This document shows positions 17,550 to 26,732 of a stretch of DNA of 49,796 nucleotides, in pieces. The position numbers and the translations under genes are program-made. The notes beneath the pieces were generated by a model. It was not told where the DNA came from and ran no database searches. It worked only from the letters and a program-made list of their open reading frames with translations. The stretch is taken from NCBI GenBank assembly GCA_020847495.1, contig JADLCA010000463.1:1-49796 (forward strand). The letters run 5' to 3'. Source of the stretch: Candidatus Hydrogenedentota bacterium (GTDB lineage Bacteria; Hydrogenedentota; Hydrogenedentia; Hydrogenedentales; SLHB01). Position 1 is the stretch's first letter. Each line of letters begins with the position of its first letter.

Positions 17550-17786
17550 CTAGAACGTCGACAGTATCATGCTCTGATTCTGCGCGTACCAGCGCATCGC
17601 CGCATCTTCGTCGATCTTGCGCTGGCGTTGCAGTAGCGCGAGCAGCAGCGGGTCCTGCTGATCATCGATGGTCAGCGGCAGATCGAGGCTGATAGGTATG
17701 CCGCGCTCTTGCGTGGCGCGTGATGCGAAGTCCTCGGTGAACTCGATCTTGCCGGCCAGCGTGATGCGGTCGTAGCGCCGGCTCAT
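17550..17786 (-). CDS. hypothetical protein (78 aa); last gene of the minus-strand arm
   Basis: 4-nt overlap with the upstream gene. Confidence 0.45.
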   Translation of the reverse strand: MSRRYDRITLAGKIEFTEDFASRATQERGIPISLDLPLTIDDQQDPLLLALLQRQRKIDEDAAMRWYAQNQSMILSTF

Positions 17787-18049
17787 GGCGCAGGCGGCTC
17801 TTCGTCGAACAGGTCAGGTGCCTTGATGATCTCTTCCTCGACCGGCGGCACCGGGTTGTGGATGCTCTCGAACATCGTAGACGGTGCCGGCTCAGGCGCA
17901 CGGGGAATGACGATCTCCGCCGGGGCTTCGTCGTGCGTGTGATGCAAGTCGCCAAGTACGCTGTCCGCGAGTTCGTCGAGGATGTATTGCCCGGTATCTG
18001 GGTCGTACGGCTTGCCTGTGACGCTGTCCTTCAGGTATTTGCGGCGCAT
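17783..18049 (-). CDS. hypothetical acidic/proline-rich protein (88 aa)
   Basis: ORF in the operon orientation. GGAGGAG-like RBS (gaggagcacgccATG). Confidence 0.5.
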   Translation of the reverse strand: MRRKYLKDSVTGKPYDPDTGQYILDELADSVLGDLHHTHDEAPAEIVIPRAPEPAPSTMFESIHNPVPPVEEEIIKAPDLFDEEPPAP

Positions 18050-18072
18050 GGCGTGCTCCTCTTGATTGACGA

Positions 18073-18615
18073 TTACGGTGCTGTTTGCCAGACGATGGAG
18101 AAGCCGCTACCGGTCTGCGACTCTGCCACCGGCTCGTCGACCATCGTATTGAAGTACAGCAATTCTCCAACCGGAAACTCGACGCCCGGCGTGATGTGGA
18201 AAGCCACCTCCTTGCCGCGCCCGTACAGGTTCCCCGGAGCATTGGAAAGATCGCCGGCCACGCGCGACACGACGCCGAGGCGCAGTGCACTTGCACCGCC
18301 CACGGACGGGTTCTCGGCCACGCTGCCATATAAGTGCCGCGCGCGAGCATCGACCCGGAACGGGAAGGCGTACACCGCATGACCCGGTACGAAATAGCGG
18401 CGGGCGAAGTCGCCGTACAGAATCTCCGACTGCACTTCGGCAGCGGGCGGCGGCGTCTGCGCGGCTGCGTAGTTGAGTGCCCCCGCGAGGTCGGACAGGT
18501 CGACGAACTCCTGCGGCGTCAGGCTGAACACCTGCCCGGTCTGTAGCCGGCCCATGACGTTCGATAGCGTCGTCTGGTGGCCGCGCTTGATGCTGGCGCT
18601 GAACCGGTCACTCAT
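18073..18615 (-). CDS. hypothetical protein (180 aa)
   Basis: The ATG at 18615 overlaps the upstream stop (ATGA). No domain recognised. Confidence 0.55.
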   Translation of the reverse strand: MSDRFSASIKRGHQTTLSNVMGRLQTGQVFSLTPQEFVDLSDLAGALNYAAAQTPPPAAEVQSEILYGDFARRYFVPGHAVYAFPFRVDARARHLYGSVAENPSVGGASALRLGVVSRVAGDLSNAPGNLYGRGKEVAFHITPGVEFPVGELLYFNTMVDEPVAESQTGSGFSIVWQTAP

Positions 18616-18845
18616 GGCGCCTGCTCCATCGTCAGCACCAGCACGTCGTCGCGCGTCGCGCGCTTCCAAGTGTACGCTCCGCCGCCGGCTGCGCGCACGA
18701 TGGAGGCGACGACCGCTTTGGCTGCGCGCGTCGCGCTGCTCTGGTTGGCGAACACTTCATTGTTCGCGGTTTGCTTGCCGTTGCGGGCGACGAGCGCCCA
18801 CGTGAAGCCGCGATTGGCAGGTCGAATCTCGATGCGCATGGTCAT
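18612..18845 (-). CDS. DUF1508 / YegP-like protein
   Basis: FTWALVARNGKQTANNEVFANQSSATRAAKAVVASI matches the YegP repeat. The start at 18845 overlaps the upstream stop (ATGA). The ATG at 18839 has better RBS spacing. Confidence 0.55.
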   Translation of the reverse strand: MTMRIEIRPANRGFTWALVARNGKQTANNEVFANQSSATRAAKAVVASIVRAAGGGAYTWKRATRDDVLVLTMEQAP

Positions 18846-20086
18846 GCCTCCCCGTTCGGGTTGTACTGCTGCCGCGCCATCGCGAGCATCGCTTCGGTCT
18901 GGTCGGCGGAGTTCTTGTTGCCGTCGAAGCGGTAGGCCACGATGGCGACCACGCTGGCGACGATGGCGCCGGTCCAGATCGGACCCGCCAAACCGATCAG
19001 CGCGGCGAGCACCATCTGGTTTGGTTCGGGCTGCTCGATAACCTTGAAGATCGCCCAGCCCAGCCCCCACGCGATGCCCCACAGCATCGCGAGCAGCGAG
19101 CACACCAGCACCGGGGTCATGTCCCACAGTCCCGCTTTCTTCTCCTCGATCACTCGCTTGGAGGCTGCGTCACGCCCCGCGCGTTCCGCTTCCCACTTCA
19201 GCCGGTCGATCTCCGCCGACTGCACGAGCACCGGCGCCAGTTGCTTCAGCCGCTCTGCCAGTGACTCTTCTGCCGCTTGCTGGATGGCGGCGAGCTTCGC
19301 CGGGTCTTGCCGCGCCACGGCGACCGCTTCCAGATCGTCAGTCTTGCCTGTCTGTTCCTTCGCGCCGCCGAGCAGTGCCTCAGATAGCGCATCCGCGAGC
19401 GCCTGCCCTGCTCCCGGCGTGCCGCTGACCCCGTCCACCTTGTCCGCGATCTTCTGCTTGAACACCGGGGCCAGCACGTTGAATAGAATGCCCGCTGCGG
19501 GGTGCAGCATCCCGAGCAGCCCACCAATTCCTTGTCTCGTCGTTGCTTCCATTTGTGTTGCCTCCTCGCGTTCGCGATCTTCCAGCGTTGCGTTCGTTTC
19601 CTGCATCCCTTCTGCTAAGCGTCGACGCACGTACTCCGTCGCTTCGTGCTTCGTGATGTTGCCGTCCTGGTTTAGGTCCAATCCCTTGTTGGCGATATAC
19701 GCCTTGCCCTCCGCGCTCGTGATCAGCGCGAAGTCATCAGGCTTGCCGATGGCCGTTGGACGCAGCACCGCCATGTATAGATCGGATAGTGTGCTGATGC
19801 GTCCTCGGTACGGCATCAAATAGCGCTGCACCAACCCCAATTGCTCGATCCGTGACATGGCGCGAATTTGCTCGGGCGTGTAGCCCATCGCCGCTGCCGT
19901 AGACTTGATGAACTGGATTAGGCCCGAGGCTTCGTACGCTGCATTGAACGCCTTCGGGTCCCAGTGCGACTCGAACATGATGACCGCGGACAGGTGCGAC
20001 GGATCGCACGCGACCGCCCGCGCGCACGTGCGCAGCGCCGCGCGCTCGCCCGCGTCGAGCAGGCGCCCCCACGCGAGGCGGGTCAT
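18842..20086 (-). CDS. lytic transglycosylase (SLT-like) fused to a coiled-coil plus C-terminal multi-TM, 3TM-holin-like domain
   Basis: The ATG at 20086 overlaps the upstream stop. N-terminal FESHWDPKAFN...SGLIQF is SLT-like. C-terminal hydrophobic segments are VLVCSLLAMLWGIAWGLGWAIF, MVLAALIGLAGPIW and AIVASVVAIVAY. Confidence 0.65.
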   Translation of the reverse strand: MTRLAWGRLLDAGERAALRTCARAVACDPSHLSAVIMFESHWDPKAFNAAYEASGLIQFIKSTAAAMGYTPEQIRAMSRIEQLGLVQRYLMPYRGRISTLSDLYMAVLRPTAIGKPDDFALITSAEGKAYIANKGLDLNQDGNITKHEATEYVRRRLAEGMQETNATLEDREREEATQMEATTRQGIGGLLGMLHPAAGILFNVLAPVFKQKIADKVDGVSGTPGAGQALADALSEALLGGAKEQTGKTDDLEAVAVARQDPAKLAAIQQAAEESLAERLKQLAPVLVQSAEIDRLKWEAERAGRDAASKRVIEEKKAGLWDMTPVLVCSLLAMLWGIAWGLGWAIFKVIEQPEPNQMVLAALIGLAGPIWTGAIVASVVAIVAYRFDGNKNSADQTEAMLAMARQQYNPNGEA

Positions 20087-20280
20087 GCCAGCCACCTGCT
20101 CGCAAGCATCGTCAGCGTATAGACAACCGCCGCGAACAGCAACAGCAGCGCCGCGCCTAGGTGCCACGACGGCATCGGAAAATAGCTGCCTTCGCTTCGG
20201 GTCATGGCCGCAAACCCAAAAGCGGCAACAACGAGCACAACTGTGATCCACCACCAAGCGAACTCCAAGGTGAAGGTCAT
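20083..20280 (-). CDS. small 2-TM membrane protein (65 aa; holin/antiholin-like)
   Basis: MTFTLEFAWWWITVVLVVAAFGFAA...HLGAALLLLFAAVVYTLTML. ATGA overlaps at both ends. Confidence 0.5.
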   Translation of the reverse strand: MTFTLEFAWWWITVVLVVAAFGFAAMTRSEGSYFPMPSWHLGAALLLLFAAVVYTLTMLASRWLA

Positions 20281-20381
20281 AGCAAGAGCCTCCGCACGGC
20301 ATGGTAGCCGAGCACCAGCAGCGCGCCGATGATGCAGCCAAGCACCACCATCGCCATCAACTTCCACTCCTCAGTATCCAT
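20277..20381 (-). CDS. 34-aa single-TM peptide
   Basis: GGAGGTGCC RBS, then ATG at 20381. Product is MDTEEWKLMAMVVLGCIIGALLVLGYHAVRRLLL. The stop overlaps the next start. It is below the ORF-track cut-off. Confidence 0.35.
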   Translation of the reverse strand: MDTEEWKLMAMVVLGCIIGALLVLGYHAVRRLLL

Positions 20382-20390
20382 GGCACCTCC

Positions 20391-20639
20391 TCAATAGCGT
20401 GGTTCGATCCCCGGCGAGAATGATTGCGGGCGTTCGCGCTCTCGCCGCCACAGTTCGCGCGCTGCCTCTTTGTCCTTCTGCGCTTGCCACTTCTCCACCG
20501 CCTCGATACGCGCTACAAGGCGCGTCCACTCCGCAGTGACGTACACGATGCTTCCAACGCATGCGGCGACGATGACTGCTACCACCGTCACGGTGCTCCA
20601 GATCACGCGCAGATCGCGCCCGGTAGGTTCATCACTCAT
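20391..20639 (-). CDS. N-terminal-TM plus charged coiled-coil protein (i-spanin-like)
   Basis: TM segment VIWSTVTVVAVIVAACVGSIVYV, then ARIEAVEKWQAQKDKEAARELWRRERER. ATGA overlap with the upstream gene. Confidence 0.5.
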   Translation of the reverse strand: MSDEPTGRDLRVIWSTVTVVAVIVAACVGSIVYVTAEWTRLVARIEAVEKWQAQKDKEAARELWRRERERPQSFSPGIEPRY

Positions 20640-20986
20640 AGGTCATCCCCGTCGCGCAGTTTGCGCTCCGGATAGTCCACCCGGTCCCGCAGTTCGCGCG
20701 CGATGCGTTCTGCGTCATAGCGCGCAACACGTTCTTCCTCTAGTTCGCGGGACAGGCGCTCCACGCTTTGGGCTAATCGCGCAACCTCCTCGCGCAACGT
20801 CTCCACGACCTTATCGTATTCGGCGACGACGACGCCGTGCGCCCTTTGGGTGTGTACCTCGGACTTGTCTGCCCGTGTGTCCGCCTTCAGCCGTAGCCAG
20901 ATTTTCCAAGTGGCAGCAGCGATCATCGCGAGCAGCGCCCAGCGCCCAACCGGGTCCTCCAGCATTTGCACATCGAGCATGGCCAT
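20636..20986 (-). CDS. TM plus coiled-coil protein (116 aa)
   Basis: The start at 20986 lies 4 nt after the upstream stop. TM segment RWALLAMIAAATWKIWL, then a heptad-like charged region. Confidence 0.5.
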   Translation of the reverse strand: MAMLDVQMLEDPVGRWALLAMIAAATWKIWLRLKADTRADKSEVHTQRAHGVVVAEYDKVVETLREEVARLAQSVERLSRELEEERVARYDAERIARELRDRVDYPERKLRDGDDL

Positions 20987-20990
20987 CCGA

Positions 20991-21428
20991 TCACAGGGCG
21001 TCGCCGTAACCGGGCGGCGAACCACGCTTCGGGTTCGCGATGAAGGCGTACAGCGCGAGTGCTGCGACAACTGTCCCCGCTGCCGTGCCGGTCGGCCACA
21101 CCCGCGGCGACAGCACGAGGCCGAGCCACAAGTACATCCAAAACAGCCCGAGCACGAAGTAGCCGGCGACCCCGATGCGATGCGGCCGCAGGCACAGAAT
21201 AATACGCAGTAGCAGCAGTAACGCGAGCGTGCCCAGCACCCCCGCCCACAAATCCTCATCGGGGAGCAGGCGCAGCATGTGTTGGTAGTTCGGATTATTC
21301 GCCGTTGCGTTCGGATAGAACAGCACGAGCGCTGCCCACATCAGCGTCGCAGTGCACACTGACAGCTTTGCGATCACCGCACCGCTGTACTGGTAGGGGT
21401 GGTGGAATATATGATCAAAAAGACTCAT
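20991..21428 (-). CDS. polytopic (about 4-TM) membrane protein (145 aa)
   Basis: AAGGAG RBS, then ATG at 21428. Four hydrophobic stretches. Confidence 0.55.
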   Translation of the reverse strand: MSLFDHIFHHPYQYSGAVIAKLSVCTATLMWAALVLFYPNATANNPNYQHMLRLLPDEDLWAGVLGTLALLLLLRIILCLRPHRIGVAGYFVLGLFWMYLWLGLVLSPRVWPTGTAAGTVVAALALYAFIANPKRGSPPGYGDAL

Positions 21429-21439
21429 GGCTTTGCTCC

Positions 21440-22240
21440 TTATGGTGATCCAGACGCAAGTTCTGCGAACCATTCAACGAGGATATAGCCAGAAGCTCCA
21501 TCGCCACCATCGCCGTGGCCAGCGGGAACGGGCGACGAGTTATAGGAGCCTGCGCCGCCGCCTCCGGCTCCGTAGTGCGTGGAATCGGCTGAATCGCCGT
21601 TTGTATCAGCCGGTGCGGCTCCACCGTCGCCACCAATGCCTCCTGTTCCCCATTGACTCGACGCACCACTACCCCCTGACGAACGAGTGCCGTCATCTGT
21701 GCCGGCGGGTGTTGCCTCGACGCCGGCTGCCGGGCCACCTGCCGCTGAATATGAGACGGTATTGGCAAATCCTCCACCAGATGCCCCGCCGACAAATACC
21801 GATCCGCCGGCACGAGTTCCGATTACGCCATTACCAGATAGCACGCCTAGCGCACGACCAGCGCCGCCGCCATTGCCCCCCGGTAGATTGCCGGTTCCGC
21901 CGCGAGCGCCAAAGCCGCCGCCCTCACACCTAATGCTTCCGAAAGAGGATGCGCCGCCGGCAGTAGCGGTCGTCGCTGCCGTACGGATGCCGCCGATCCC
22001 TGCGGCGCCTACTTCAACTGGGATAATGTCGTTCGGCGTGACACTCAATGGCATCCGCATACAACACTCGCCCGCGCCGCCGCCAGCCGCACCGGCCGAC
22101 GGAGTGCCAGGAGCGCGACCACCGCCGCCACCGCCGCCGACCATCGTTAGGTAGACAATTGACACGCCGGCCGGCACGGTGAACGTCTGCGCGGTAGGCG
22201 ACCCCGCGAAGAACTCCTCACGTTGCCATTTGCTAGGCAT
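21440..22240 (-). CDS. glycine-rich-domain tail fibre-like protein
   Basis: FTVPAGVSIVYLTMVGGGGGGG ... GASGYILVEW. It is paralogous to the C-terminus of the upstream J-like protein. Confidence 0.65.
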   Translation of the reverse strand: MPSKWQREEFFAGSPTAQTFTVPAGVSIVYLTMVGGGGGGGRAPGTPSAGAAGGGAGECCMRMPLSVTPNDIIPVEVGAAGIGGIRTAATTATAGGASSFGSIRCEGGGFGARGGTGNLPGGNGGGAGRALGVLSGNGVIGTRAGGSVFVGGASGGGFANTVSYSAAGGPAAGVEATPAGTDDGTRSSGGSGASSQWGTGGIGGDGGAAPADTNGDSADSTHYGAGGGGAGSYNSSPVPAGHGDGGDGASGYILVEWFAELASGSP

Positions 22241-22241
22241 A

Positions 22242-25200
22242 TCAGGCTACCCACGTCACGAGAACATAACCGCCCGCACCGTCGCCGCCGTTCATGCCGG
22301 ACGTTGCCTTGCCGCCCGCGCCGCCCCCGCCTGCGCCGTACGCGCCAGCCGCCGGCGCAGCGCCATCCGCGCCGCCGTTACCGCCCTGCCCGCCCTGCCC
22401 AAATAAGCTGCCCGCACCGGAGCCACCGCCGGCCTGCGATGCTGCCGTAGTGCCCCCCGCGGTCCCCGTCGAATAGCCCGGAGCAGGACGACCGGCACCG
22501 CCATTCGCGCTAGTCGCGCTACCGCCCCCTGCGCCGCCGCTGCCGCCGAAGTGGCAAGCCGATTCCGCCGTGCCAAGCGAGCCGCCCCCGCCGGGATTCC
22601 CGACCGCGCCGCCAGAGCCAGACCCACCACCGCCGCCCGCACCACCCACGCCCGTTGCAGGCGAACCGCGACCGCCCGCTACCTTGAAGTCACCGAAGTA
22701 GGAGTCGCCACCACCGCCGCCGGCAACCGTCGACGTTGTGCCGACCGCGCCCGTACCCGCCGCACCGACGATCACGGTAACGGTGTTCGACGGGCTACCG
22801 CTGCTCGCGTCAACCGGAATCGGGAACGAAATACACGATTCACCAGCGCCGCCGCCACCACCGCCCTGTGCTGCCGCGTTGCGGGACGACCCGCCGCCGC
22901 CGCCGCCGACCATCGTAACCTGCACGATGCTGACGCCTTCCGGCACGGAGAAGTCATAGGTTCCCGGCGTCGTGTACTCGACCGATTGTCCCGTGCCGCC
23001 GCCGGCCGACACAGTGCAGTCAATCGTAATCACGCCGCCCGCGCCGCCGTCCGTAAGCGTGATGTTCGTCCCGGCTTCCAGTACGCGCGCATTCGTCAGG
23101 TTCGGGCTGCCGATACTCTCCGCAAGCACATACGGCGCGTCGATTGGCGCGCGGTACGGCACGTCAATGTTCGTAATTCCGTAGCCGTCGTCATATACGT
23201 TGACGTCGCCCTGGAAGTTCAGCGCGATAGCGTCTACGTCTATTGGTGTGTACTCGTATTCCGTGATGATGGATTGAACGATGCCAGCGTTTGCCGCCGC
23301 CGTAATGCGGCCATAGGCATCGACGGTTAGGGAAGCCGAGTTATACGAGTCACCGTAAGACCCAGGCGTTACGCCGGTCGTCGTCAAATCCCACCACGCC
23401 AGACCGCTGGGACTGCCAACGCCACTCGTGTTGAAAGTGATGTTGCCGGCGTCTGTCGCTACCCATCCGTTAGGTACGTTGGAATCCGCTGCGGCTAGCA
23501 CGAACTCCGCAGTAAGTTCGACGGTGCCGCTAGGCGATCCGCCACCGCCCGACGTCGCGCCGCCGACGCCGCGCATTGTGTACCACTCGTCGCCGTCCCA
23601 TACGAGCAGCACGCCTTGATCGGTTTCGAGGTCAAGCGTGCTAACGTACTCGTCAATCGTCGTCGCGCCCGCGTCGAGCGTTACCGTACCCGCGCCGATG
23701 TTTTCGATGAAGCAATGCCACCCGGCCTTGAGCGTCGTCGGCAGCGTCACCGTTACCGGCGATGCGTTGTCGAACGTTATCAGCTTGAAGTTATCGGAAC
23801 TTTGTAGCGTGTACGTCGTACCAGTCTGCGGATTCGTAATAACTGGAAGCTCGCCGGCTTCGGTTTCGAAGAACTCCTCCGCGCCCACGCCGGTATTGAT
23901 AAACGTAAACGCCGTCGCGCTGGCAAGCGTCTTGCCGAACGTTACCGCCTTGTAGTAAAGCTCCTTGTTCAAATCTTCCTGCGGTGCATCTACGTTCGTC
24001 ACCGGCAGGAATACGAACGTATCGCCGTCTCCGTGCCCGCTGGTAGCCGTGCCCTTGCGACCACGCAGGAAGCCGGATAGCAGATAGGTCCGCTCGTCAA
24101 TCAACGTCGCGTCGCGGAAGCAGAGCAGTTCCCATTGCGTCGTGGCCGGCGATCCACCGGTCCCGCGACTGATGGCGCAGAGGTTCGCCCCGTTCGCGAA
24201 CGCCGTAGCGTTGACGCTTTCCAATTCGGCGTCGTCGTCATGTAGCGTGATGATAATGGATGCTTCCTCAACCACATCGCCGCCGCTATACGCCGACAGC
24301 GTGCCACTTACCGTAGGCGAGCCGAACGTAGGTGAGCCGGTCAAATCATCCGACGACGCCGTTTCCCCGATGATGCTAGGCACGTTGCTTGACGCGACCG
24401 CCGCATACGTCGTACCGCCGTCCAGCGACTTGTAAAGCGTCGCTCCCGGCCAACGGCCGTCAGACGCCGGCCCCATTGCCGCGTAGAACCCGAACGGCGA
24501 CGCTTCCTGCGTCAGCACCGGAATGTCGAGCAGTACGGCTTCCGTCAATACCGGTTCCGTCGTGCCGGTCTGCTCCGTGAATCCTGACGAACTGCCGGCC
24601 GACTGCGCCTGCGTATAGATGGACGGTCGATGCAGGACGCCTTCCCAATTGATGACGCCAGATGGCGTCTCGACCTTGCCGGTGATGCGGACCACGCGCC
24701 CGCGCACCGTCACCACGTCGCATGGTTCGACCCACGCGTATTCCCGCGTCGTACTCCACGCGAACGATTCGCGTTCGATCCACTCCGCAACCTGTAGCGC
24801 CCAACATTTCTGCAACGCCTCGTCTGCGGTGAACCCCACGGCGAGGTCCAGTGTTACGTCGGAATCGGAAAGCGTCGTCAGACGCGGCGACGCTTGCGCG
24901 CCGGTCTGATAATCCATGTCCACGTCGATATAGCGCAACGTCACCGTGCGCGGCATCCCCTGCTCTTTCTTCCGCACCGTGAGCAGTGGTGCCTTATCCT
25001 CCGTCCCGAACTCGCGCGCGCATAGATCGTCGTCGTCCAGGGTCACGACACTATCCGTCGCGCCACGCTTGCGGAACTTAACCAGATCGTCGGACTCGAC
25101 GGCATCGAAGGCGAACGCCTTGCGGAGCGGGTCTAGCGCGTTGCGAACCGTCATCTGATTACCGACCGCGAACCAGCGCACTTCGTCCGTAAGTTCGCTG

Positions 25201-26732
25201 ACGTCGTAGGCGTCAGATTCCGGCGACCCGATGCCGCGCAGCGACGTCATCGACGACAGATCGGCTACGATGGTCGAGAGCAGTTCCGGCCCGGCCGGCG
25301 GGTCAAGTGAAATCACGCCGTCGTTTACCAGCACTAGCCCGTTCTGCAACGTGATACACGGACCGGCTACGATATCGACGCCTCCGACGTAGGTAAACGT
25401 CCAATCGTCGTTGACCTGCATAACCCACGCCTGCCGACTAGGCTTGCCGTTATCGAAACAGATCATGTCGTTGTAGACATGAAAGTTATAGGCGAGGTCA
25501 GCGAAATTCGCGTGCCACGTTGCCGAATCCCAAGCGTGAACAAGATTCAAATCCTCGTCCAGTTTCAAGATTTGTTCGGTAGTCGTATGAACAATCCAGA
25601 TGTGACCGTCGTTGCTGGTGCCGAACCTGACGCCGGAAGCTGCGCCGATGGAATAGGGCGACAGATCGAACGACGCGGACGGCGTACTTTCGCCGGGATC
25701 GCCATCCGGTGCGGCGTAGCGGATGATGTGCAGAATCGTCGCGATCAAACCGACGCTATAGATATATCCGTTCTGATAGATGGAGAGCACGGCCGTGGGC
25801 ACCGCGCCGCTAATCTCCATCGATGTTTCGGCGTCTTCAAAGAACCCGTAGAACGAACCGTGATTATGCGAATTGAAGACGGCGACGCCGGCCAGATTGC
25901 CGACGACTGTTTGTCGGAACCCCTCGCCGGTACTAGCGAATGCGATGGTATCGTCTACCGCCGGCGCGACTTCCGTACCATCGACGGTGAATTGCCGTTC
26001 GTAATAGTGCGCCGCTACCGACGTGTAATAACTCGTCGTAATGATGCCATCGACCATGCGCGCGCCGATGTTCGTTTGTGCGGCATCCGGCCACGGATCG
26101 AACGTCGATACTCGCCACGGAATGTCGCCGCCCGACGTATAGACCTCAAATTCCAATTGCGGGATTCGGTCGCCGTAATCCTTCAAATAGAAATCAGCGA
26201 ATACGGCGTACGCTACGCCACGGTAGGCGGGCTGCTGTCCGATGCCGTGGATCGCTTCAAACGTCGGGTCTGGTTCCTGGCTCTCCGTGCCGAGATACAA
26301 CGTACAAGGCATCGTATCGCCGCTATCCATCGTCCAGATCAGCTTCCCATCCGCCCATATGCGCGACACGCCGGCAATCGCCGCTTCGTCGTATCGCTTC
26401 GCGACGGCGAGCGCGGTAACGAAGCTCGCGCTATAGGTGTAGCTGGTGACTTCCGGGCCGCCCTTACCGCCGCTGCTTTCCGAATGTTCTTCGAGGTCCG
26501 TCTGGTCGATGACTACGCCGGCAATGCGGCCGGTCCCCCATACGAAAGGCAAGTTCCGTCCGTACTCGCTGACCTGAAGTTTCAGGTCGCTGCGACGTGG
26601 CCCTTCCACCTTCGGCGGGTCGATGAGATTCCCGAGCAGCGAGCCAACCAGGAAGCCGACGGATCCGCCAATTCCAGGTAGCAGCGCATTGCCGATCAAG
26701 CCGCCAACCGTACCAAGAACTAGCGTCGTCAT
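22242..26732 (-). CDS. host-specificity / central tail fibre protein (lambda J- or RcGTA gp15-like) with a C-terminal glycine-rich domain
   Basis: 1496 aa. The N-terminus is glycine/hydrophobic with the LKLQVSEYGRNLPFVWGTGRIAG motif. It follows the NlpC/P60 gene. C-terminal 247 aa run FSVPEGVSIVQVTMVGGGGGG...GGYVLVTWVA. Confidence 0.85.
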   Translation of the reverse strand: MTTLVLGTVGGLIGNALLPGIGGSVGFLVGSLLGNLIDPPKVEGPRRSDLKLQVSEYGRNLPFVWGTGRIAGVVIDQTDLEEHSESSGGKGGPEVTSYTYSASFVTALAVAKRYDEAAIAGVSRIWADGKLIWTMDSGDTMPCTLYLGTESQEPDPTFEAIHGIGQQPAYRGVAYAVFADFYLKDYGDRIPQLEFEVYTSGGDIPWRVSTFDPWPDAAQTNIGARMVDGIITTSYYTSVAAHYYERQFTVDGTEVAPAVDDTIAFASTGEGFRQTVVGNLAGVAVFNSHNHGSFYGFFEDAETSMEISGAVPTAVLSIYQNGYIYSVGLIATILHIIRYAAPDGDPGESTPSASFDLSPYSIGAASGVRFGTSNDGHIWIVHTTTEQILKLDEDLNLVHAWDSATWHANFADLAYNFHVYNDMICFDNGKPSRQAWVMQVNDDWTFTYVGGVDIVAGPCITLQNGLVLVNDGVISLDPPAGPELLSTIVADLSSMTSLRGIGSPESDAYDVSELTDEVRWFAVGNQMTVRNALDPLRKAFAFDAVESDDLVKFRKRGATDSVVTLDDDDLCAREFGTEDKAPLLTVRKKEQGMPRTVTLRYIDVDMDYQTGAQASPRLTTLSDSDVTLDLAVGFTADEALQKCWALQVAEWIERESFAWSTTREYAWVEPCDVVTVRGRVVRITGKVETPSGVINWEGVLHRPSIYTQAQSAGSSSGFTEQTGTTEPVLTEAVLLDIPVLTQEASPFGFYAAMGPASDGRWPGATLYKSLDGGTTYAAVASSNVPSIIGETASSDDLTGSPTFGSPTVSGTLSAYSGGDVVEEASIIITLHDDDAELESVNATAFANGANLCAISRGTGGSPATTQWELLCFRDATLIDERTYLLSGFLRGRKGTATSGHGDGDTFVFLPVTNVDAPQEDLNKELYYKAVTFGKTLASATAFTFINTGVGAEEFFETEAGELPVITNPQTGTTYTLQSSDNFKLITFDNASPVTVTLPTTLKAGWHCFIENIGAGTVTLDAGATTIDEYVSTLDLETDQGVLLVWDGDEWYTMRGVGGATSGGGGSPSGTVELTAEFVLAAADSNVPNGWVATDAGNITFNTSGVGSPSGLAWWDLTTTGVTPGSYGDSYNSASLTVDAYGRITAAANAGIVQSIITEYEYTPIDVDAIALNFQGDVNVYDDGYGITNIDVPYRAPIDAPYVLAESIGSPNLTNARVLEAGTNITLTDGGAGGVITIDCTVSAGGGTGQSVEYTTPGTYDFSVPEGVSIVQVTMVGGGGGGSSRNAAAQGGGGGGAGESCISFPIPVDASSGSPSNTVTVIVGAAGTGAVGTTSTVAGGGGGDSYFGDFKVAGGRGSPATGVGGAGGGGGSGSGGAVGNPGGGGSLGTAESACHFGGSGGAGGGSATSANGGAGRPAPGYSTGTAGGTTAASQAGGGSGAGSLFGQGGQGGNGGADGAAPAAGAYGAGGGGAGGKATSGMNGGDGAGGYVLVTWVA

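Noticed and set aside
25479-26681. 400-aa plus-strand ORF inside the J-like gene.
   Set aside because: It is antisense to a 1496-aa gene with strong context. It is Arg-rich with no domain signature. Long open antisense frames are expected at this GC content.
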